From an uncultured Chlamydiae bacterium (GTDB lineage Bacteria; Chlamydiota; Chlamydiia; Chlamydiales; SM23-39), in the NCBI GenBank assembly GCA_963828125.1, contig CAWHDP010000002.1, positions 1,312,001 through 1,376,000 on the forward strand: 64,000 bases of DNA, given 5' to 3'. The notes beneath the pieces were generated by a model. The model made no database searches. It had not been told where the DNA came from and saw only the letters and a list, made by a program, of their open reading frames with translations. The translations under genes were made by a program, and so were the position numbers. Of this stretch, positions 58,849 through 64,000 are shown piece by piece (within the stretch, counting starts at the first letter, position 1; each line of letters begins with the position of its first letter).

Positions 58849-60074
58849 TCTAGAATGACTCCAGCTCCGAGAATCTCGCAGGAGTCGACAAGGACAAAAC
58901 GTGTCGTATCGAGATAGAGAGGGGAAATATCGAACGCGACCGGCCTGACGGTCCGGATGACGCATTCTACGATATCATAGGCCTTGGCGGCAGCCTTCTG
59001 TTTGGATCCCAAGGTGGCCGAATCATAGATAGCGAGGATTTTTTCAATCGCACATCCTGTTTTGCTCGTGTGGATCCGAAAGATATATTTAGCCCCTTCC
59101 AAAAGGGGATTGCGGCCGATAAAAAAAAGACGAACCTTGAACTGGCTTCCAACAAGAGGGGGCGGAGCGCTGCTATGAGAAATCAGTTCGCCTCGGTCGA
59201 CAAAAAGAGACTCTTCTAAGGTAAAGCCCGTTGCAAAACCTACCCTCGGGGGATCTACATCGGACTCGATGGAGGCGACAACGCCCTCTTTTCCCGACGG
59301 GCTAAAGAGAAGCCGGTCCCCTTTTTTGAGGATTCCTGCACTCACCGTGCCGCTATAGATTCTTCGGGAGTCTCCCCTTTTCGTGAAGCGATAGATGGCC
59401 TGGAGCGGCATCCTCAGATCGGGCCCTCGAGTTTTGTCCACGTGGGAAAAAGAGCGGATCGATTCCCAAAGCGATTTGCCCTTGTACCAAGGCATATTCG
59501 GAGAGGGGCCTAAAAAATGATCCCCCTGTTTCGCGCTGAGAGGGAGGATCTCGTGCGGCGTGATTTGATGGGAAGCGAAGGCTGTAGAAATCGCCTTTGC
59601 AATGGCGAGGTAGGCTGGTTCAGAATAATCGACCTGATCCATTTTATTCACAACAACAACGATCTTCGGAATCTGCAAAAAAGAGAGCAAAAAAAGGTGG
59701 CGGAGGGTGTTGTCCTTGATCCCCTCTTTTGCATCGATGATCAAGAGGGCGATATCGGCCGTCGAGGAGCCGGTGATCATGTTCTTGATGAAGTCGAGAT
59801 GGCCTGGGGTGTCGATAAAGAGGTACTTGCGCCCCTCTGAGCGGATGAAATAGCGAGCCGCGTCGATCGTAATTCCTTGCGCTTGTTCTTTCTCAAGAGC
59901 GTCAGTGAGGAAGGCGTATTCAAAATCTTTGGCGTGCCGTTCGCAATAGCTCTTGAGCTGTTCTAATTTTCCATCGGGCAGGGAGTGGGTGTCGACAAGA
60001 AGCCTCCCTAAAATAGAACTTTTGCCGTGATCGACGTGTCCCACAAATGCGACATTCACTTTATGTTCTTCCAT
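58845..60074 (-). CDS. cysN: Sulfate adenylyltransferase GTPase subunit, no fused CysC
   Basis: [30 protein letters not shown]. Start ATG 60074. Confidence 0.9.
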   Translation of the reverse strand: MEEHKVNVAFVGHVDHGKSSILGRLLVDTHSLPDGKLEQLKSYCERHAKDFEYAFLTDALEKEQAQGITIDAARYFIRSEGRKYLFIDTPGHLDFIKNMITGSSTADIALLIIDAKEGIKDNTLRHLFLLSFLQIPKIVVVVNKMDQVDYSEPAYLAIAKAISTAFASHQITPHEILPLSAKQGDHFLGPSPNMPWYKGKSLWESIRSFSHVDKTRGPDLRMPLQAIYRFTKRGDSRRIYSGTVSAGILKKGDRLLFSPSGKEGVVASIESDVDPPRVGFATGFTLEESLFVDRGELISHSSAPPPLVGSQFKVRLFFIGRNPLLEGAKYIFRIHTSKTGCAIEKILAIYDSATLGSKQKAAAKAYDIVECVIRTVRPVAFDISPLYLDTTRFVLVDSCEILGAGVILE

Positions 60075-60078
60075 GTTG

Positions 60079-60960
60079 TTACATGTACCCCTCTCTGCGT
60101 AGTTTTTCCAATGTGCCCCGATCTTCGCGATCCTGCGCGCGCCCCGAGCGCTCCGCAATACTGGAGAGTTTTCCCGTCGCAAGCTCCTCGATCACCTCGT
60201 CGACGCAGCTCGCGCTCGAAGAGATCGGACGGGTGCAAGGAGCGCAGCCGAGCGAGCGGTAGCGGAGATGATTCCCCTGGTTGAAGTAGAGGGAACTTAC
60301 GGGAATTTTTTCTTTTTTGATATAGCGCCAAACATCCAGTTCCGTCCAGTCGAGAAGAGGATGAATCCGCATGTGGGTTTTTGGAGGGAAATCGATCTGA
60401 TGATAGCCCCAGAGCTCCGGGGGCTGGTTTTCGACATTCCACTCTCCCTCGACGCCGCGGGGGGAAAAATATCTCTCTTTCGAGCGGCTCGCTTCCTCGT
60501 CAGCGCGAATCCCGAGGATGAGAGCCTGATAGGGAGTTTTGTCGGGATCGACCGCATACCGCCCAGACACAGGGTCGAATTTGTACCGATCGAGCCTTCC
60601 GGTTAAGACCCCTTCTAAAGCCTCGGTTTTTAATTTCTTGCAGCATTGGAGCATGGTCGCCTTCCCGTTGGGGAAGGTGTCCCCTTTGTCCAAAATGTCT
60701 TGGTTTTTCCCGTAGACGATCGGCAATCCCCATTGGGCGGCGAGCTGATCGCGGTACTCGATCATCTCGGGCAATTTATACCCGGTGTCGATGTGAACGA
60801 GAGGGAAAGGGATGTGTCCAAAAAAAGCCTTGAGAGCCAATTTGACTAAGACCGTGCTATCCTTGCCGACCGACCAAAGCATGGCCAAATTAGGAAAATG
60901 GGCGTATGCCTCTCGAAGTAAATAGATGCTTTTATTTTCTATTTTCTCCAGATGATCCAT
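60079..60960 (-). CDS. cysD: Sulfate adenylyltransferase subunit 2
   Basis: SVGKDS, HIDTG, R.DEE.SR.KER.FS.R, WTE.DVW.YI, RSLGC, REGY. Confidence 0.93.
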   Translation of the reverse strand: MDHLEKIENKSIYLLREAYAHFPNLAMLWSVGKDSTVLVKLALKAFFGHIPFPLVHIDTGYKLPEMIEYRDQLAAQWGLPIVYGKNQDILDKGDTFPNGKATMLQCCKKLKTEALEGVLTGRLDRYKFDPVSGRYAVDPDKTPYQALILGIRADEEASRSKERYFSPRGVEGEWNVENQPPELWGYHQIDFPPKTHMRIHPLLDWTELDVWRYIKKEKIPVSSLYFNQGNHLRYRSLGCAPCTRPISSSASCVDEVIEELATGKLSSIAERSGRAQDREDRGTLEKLRREGYM

Positions 60961-60963
60961 TGT

Positions 60964-61923
60964 TTAGGCTCTCTCCTGTTTAGCAGAACGGGTTCGGAAA
61001 AACATCGTCAAGATCGAAACAACGAGAAAAATGAGAATGGCGAGGATTGCACATTTTGAAAGGAGCGGATAGTTCATTTGCTTACAAATGACTGAAATCA
61101 GGCATCCCAATACAGCCAGGCCGAATTGGGTCTTAATTTTCTGATTCTGGACTCTACAAGCGGCGAGGACGCCGATTTTGGTCCCCATACTTGCGCCTAA
61201 AAACATGAGGGAGGCGGCGAGGAAATCGACCCTCCCCTTCATGGCATAGGAAGCGCCGCCGTATAATCCTGAGAGCATGACCTCAAAAAGATCTGTACCG
61301 ACAGCGATGAGGACAGGACAACCCATGAAATAAATCAAAGCGGGCAGGCGAAGAAGTCCTCCGCCGATTCCTAAAAACCCAGCGGCATATCCGGTGACTA
61401 ACCCGATCAGAATCGGGAGCCAGATGGAACAGCGGATGTTCGAGGTTTTGAAGAAGAAAAGAGGGCGAGGGAGAAGGAGATGGAGAGTCTTCGCCCATTT
61501 AACCTCTCCTTGTTTTCGATGGATAAACATGAGGAGAGTGATCAAAGAGAGGAGAATGATATAGACCCAGCGTAAAATCGATTCTACTTTATGAATTTTC
61601 TCGAGATACATCACGGTTTGCGCCCCCGCCTCGATTCCGACCACCGTTCCGATCAACATGAAAAAGGCCATAGGAAAATCTACATTATTCCTTCTGGCGT
61701 GATAGAAAGTTCCAAGCGCTCCTTTGCCTCCCATGTGGGCGATGTCGGTTCCCACGGCATAAGTCATGGGGAACCCGAGAATATTGAGGGCAGGCGTCAC
61801 AAGCCACGCTCCTCCGATGCCTAAAAAGGCGCTGACGACTCCTACGCCGAATCCGAGAAAGATGAGCGTGGGGATGAAAATATCGATATTTGCATAAGGG
61901 AGGGTGATCGTAAGAGAATCCAT
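60964..61923 (-). CDS. TauE/SafE (TSUP) family sulfur-compound transporter
   Basis: Two G.GGG/G.GGA...P...AVGT repeats; multiple TM segments. Confidence 0.88.
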   Translation of the reverse strand: MDSLTITLPYANIDIFIPTLIFLGFGVGVVSAFLGIGGAWLVTPALNILGFPMTYAVGTDIAHMGGKGALGTFYHARRNNVDFPMAFFMLIGTVVGIEAGAQTVMYLEKIHKVESILRWVYIILLSLITLLMFIHRKQGEVKWAKTLHLLLPRPLFFFKTSNIRCSIWLPILIGLVTGYAAGFLGIGGGLLRLPALIYFMGCPVLIAVGTDLFEVMLSGLYGGASYAMKGRVDFLAASLMFLGASMGTKIGVLAACRVQNQKIKTQFGLAVLGCLISVICKQMNYPLLSKCAILAILIFLVVSILTMFFRTRSAKQERA

Positions 61924-61944
61924 TCTGATCCTTTTTGTTTTTAC

Positions 61945-62802
61945 CTATTCAGCCTCGAACGAATGAAGCTCATAACGGCAATTCAGCAGCTCAACCGGCA
62001 GTTCAGGATTGAAATAGGTCGACCACAAACTGAGATTCGAACTCGTCCGAATGAGAAAGTCGCAGTTCGACAAGATGAGAGCATCGAGGAGAGCCTCTTC
62101 TCCGATTGCATAGGGAGATGGCGGTTGAGAGAGGTGAACTGGCATCACTCCGTTTGAGCGATGAGCGTCGTAGGCGATCACGGAGCCGGGGAACGTCTTT
62201 TTCATCTGGCTCAAGAAAGCAGCTTCGTCAGTGGCGACAAAAATCTTGTAGGGCTGATCGGACGGAATGTGGGCAAAGACGGCTCCGATCGCCTCTGCGT
62301 AGGGGACGCGCGGCGCCTCTTTTTCTTTGTCGGTTCCCCGATAGTGGATCCCTAAGACAAAAACATTCTGAAAGTGACGCTCGATAAATTGCGCGGCCTT
62401 TTCGAGGATCGACTGCTGGATATGAATATATTTTTTTACGAGGGCAGAAGCCTGCTCCCGCTTCAGTTGCCATCTGGCATGAATGGCAGCAAACGACCCG
62501 TCCTTGAATCGAGAGGCATTATTTTGAAGTGCGGAGATTTGGAGATGAATCGGCTCGAAGTAATAGTTCCACCAATTCGGGCCGTAATCGGGATCAAAGT
62601 AGAGTCCCGACTGACCAAAATCAACAGCCAGCTCCGAAAAGCCGCTGTAGGCCCCCATTTCATACAAGTGAAGGTGACCCAAAACGACATTGGCACAAGC
62701 AAACATCCCAGGCTCGCGAAGAGGCGAAGCGTCGATGATCAACAACTCGCCCGCCAGCAATCGCAGTGAGAACCCCAGCGCCACTAGATTCCTAAAAATC
62801 AT
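61945..62802 (-). CDS. NodZ-like alpha-1,6-fucosyltransferase (GT23-like)
   Basis: GMFA, N.W..YFEP, GIHYRGTDK, IFVATD, EAL.D..ILS.C..LI...SNLS. Confidence 0.75.
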   Translation of the reverse strand: MIFRNLVALGFSLRLLAGELLIIDASPLREPGMFACANVVLGHLHLYEMGAYSGFSELAVDFGQSGLYFDPDYGPNWWNYYFEPIHLQISALQNNASRFKDGSFAAIHARWQLKREQASALVKKYIHIQQSILEKAAQFIERHFQNVFVLGIHYRGTDKEKEAPRVPYAEAIGAVFAHIPSDQPYKIFVATDEAAFLSQMKKTFPGSVIAYDAHRSNGVMPVHLSQPPSPYAIGEEALLDALILSNCDFLIRTSSNLSLWSTYFNPELPVELLNCRYELHSFEAE

Positions 62803-63123
62803 AACCTACAGACCTACAGATCCGAAGAGACAATTAAATATTTTATCTAAAAAAAAAGATATGATTTTTTGATGGGCTGAGAGAGAAACGTTGCAGCGGG
62901 ACGGGCCATTTTCATAAATTCATCCCTCCGTATATACCGAAAATAACACCTGGCCAAAGCAATTCCCGCTGAAGATTTTTCGCACAGATAAATAGTTTGC
63001 GTTAATCCACCGCGTTTGCTATCTTTATTTCCTTCTTAAACGAAGATAACCCGTTAGGGATCGTCCAACAATAACTTTTAGAAAGGAACAGCCACTCAAA
63101 TTGTTGGGGCTGGAGGACAAGTA

Positions 63124-63309
63124 TTGGCTCTGAATATCGACGGATCTGATGATCATGCACTCAAGCAAGCTGTAGCTCAAACGGTTGCCAAATTCGGCGC
63201 CGTTGATATCATAGTCAATAATACAAGCGCAACATGCCTTACTGATATTTTACACACATCTCCCGAACAAAAGGATTTTTTATGGCAGCCGCGTCAGCAA
63301 GATCTGTAG
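63124..63309 (+). pseudogene. Short-chain dehydrogenase fragment
   Basis: AV..TV.KFG.VDI.VNN.SA segment without the NAD-binding or YxxxK regions. Confidence 0.55.
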
Positions 63310-63657
63310 CACGGAACTCATTGTTTCACTTTCCTCCTGCTGATATGATTATAAAGCAGTTGTCAGACAACGTACAGCTAATCGAAGCATTGCGAATAGA
63401 GAATTTAACGCCGGATTTTTTCCCGAATCTGGCAAAGCACATTGGCATCTACAAAGGACGCTTGACTCTCCCGCAAGTAGCGTACGTAGCTGAAAGAGCG
63501 ATATTTTCTGCTGGCATAGATATACCAGAATCGGGGCTAGACTTTGAAAAAAACGCCTAGCAGAAATTCCAAGCCAGCACCGACAAGTAAATTTTCCGTT
63601 TAACAAAATCATGACAAAGTTCATGCTATCCCCCTCAATATCAGGGGAGATGGTGAG

Positions 63658-64000
63658 ATGCTCGACATTTCAATTACAGACGAAGATAGAGAGAAAGCGA
63701 GAACCGGACGTTTTGAACATCCGGACGTTCATGTCCAGAAGCGGCTACACTTGCTTTACTTTAAAGCGCTAGGGTACGCCCATAAAGACATTTGTCTTCT
63801 GGCTGGGGTCTCATATACGACTTTGGAGACCGTTTTGAAGTTGTACCATACACAGGGCTTCGAAGAAGTGTGTAATGTGACCTACCCATGCCCCGGTGGC
63901 GCATTAGATTCCCATCGCGTGACGATCGAGGAATACTTTCGCAAAAACCCTCCAACAACAGTTGCTGAGGCATGTAAGGTGATCAAAGATCTGACGGGCG
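63658..64000 (+). mobile_element. IS630-family transposase, N-terminal part (runs off the window)
   Basis: Manual translation MLDISITDEDREKARTGRFEHPDVHVQKRLHLLYFK..G..H..IC...GVS...YFRKNPP.TVAEA...I..LTG. A possible left end at TA ~63558 truncates the preceding ORF. Confidence 0.75.

Noticed and set aside
57060..62802. Rhizobial Nod-factor pathway (nodZ/nodPQ/nodH-like)
   Set aside because: No nodABC-like genes in the window; these enzyme families are general glycan modifiers.
31450..62872. Many 60-210 aa ORFs antisense to or overlapping suf, flotillin, ligD, rml and cys genes
   Set aside because: Shadow frames of well-supported genes in GC-richer DNA, with no motifs of their own.
63282..63560. 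92-aa ORF as an intact gene
   Set aside because: No recognisable motif; it overlaps an SDR fragment and ends at the probable IS630 boundary, so it is likely a remnant.

Overview
Bacterial DNA, probably from an environmental Chlamydiota or a similar host-associated lineage. This is an inference from the eukaryote-like ankyrin, RING and C58 effector candidates and the gene styles. The left half (1-30.3 kb) is accessory DNA next to tRNA-Thr(CGT). A ~17.9-kb integrative element (12415-30293) is bounded by a 44-bp tRNA 3'-end repeat and paired arm-type repeats. It carries integrase, an AlpA/Xis-like gene, an AEP-primase/DUF3987 fusion, an iteron-like origin and a DUF5681 gene. Its defence-like cargo is a coupled SNF2 + type III Mod/Res + GIY-YIG + PD-(D/E)XK operon, AbiEi coupled to a PIN-like gene, a second PIN-like gene, and DUF3800 followed by a structured RNA. 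Left of it lies a decayed relative (AlpA-like, DUF3987, Toprim primase, a strikingly symmetric 12-iteron array, HGGxSTG gene), broken by nested IS1634/IS21/IS256 pieces, plus toxin-immunity and effector remnants. The right half is mostly housekeeping (ispD, sufBCDS, flotillin, split LigD, rmlBCD, pgeF, speD). It ends in a ~14-kb glycan sulfation/fucosylation locus: five sulfotransferases, four other glycosyltransferase-like genes, a NodZ-like fucosyltransferase, cysDNC, TauE and MFS. Nearly all modifying enzymes there, and even APS kinase CysC, begin with signal-peptide-like N-termini. The window ends in an IS630 transposase. All family calls come from motifs read by eye; no database searches were run.
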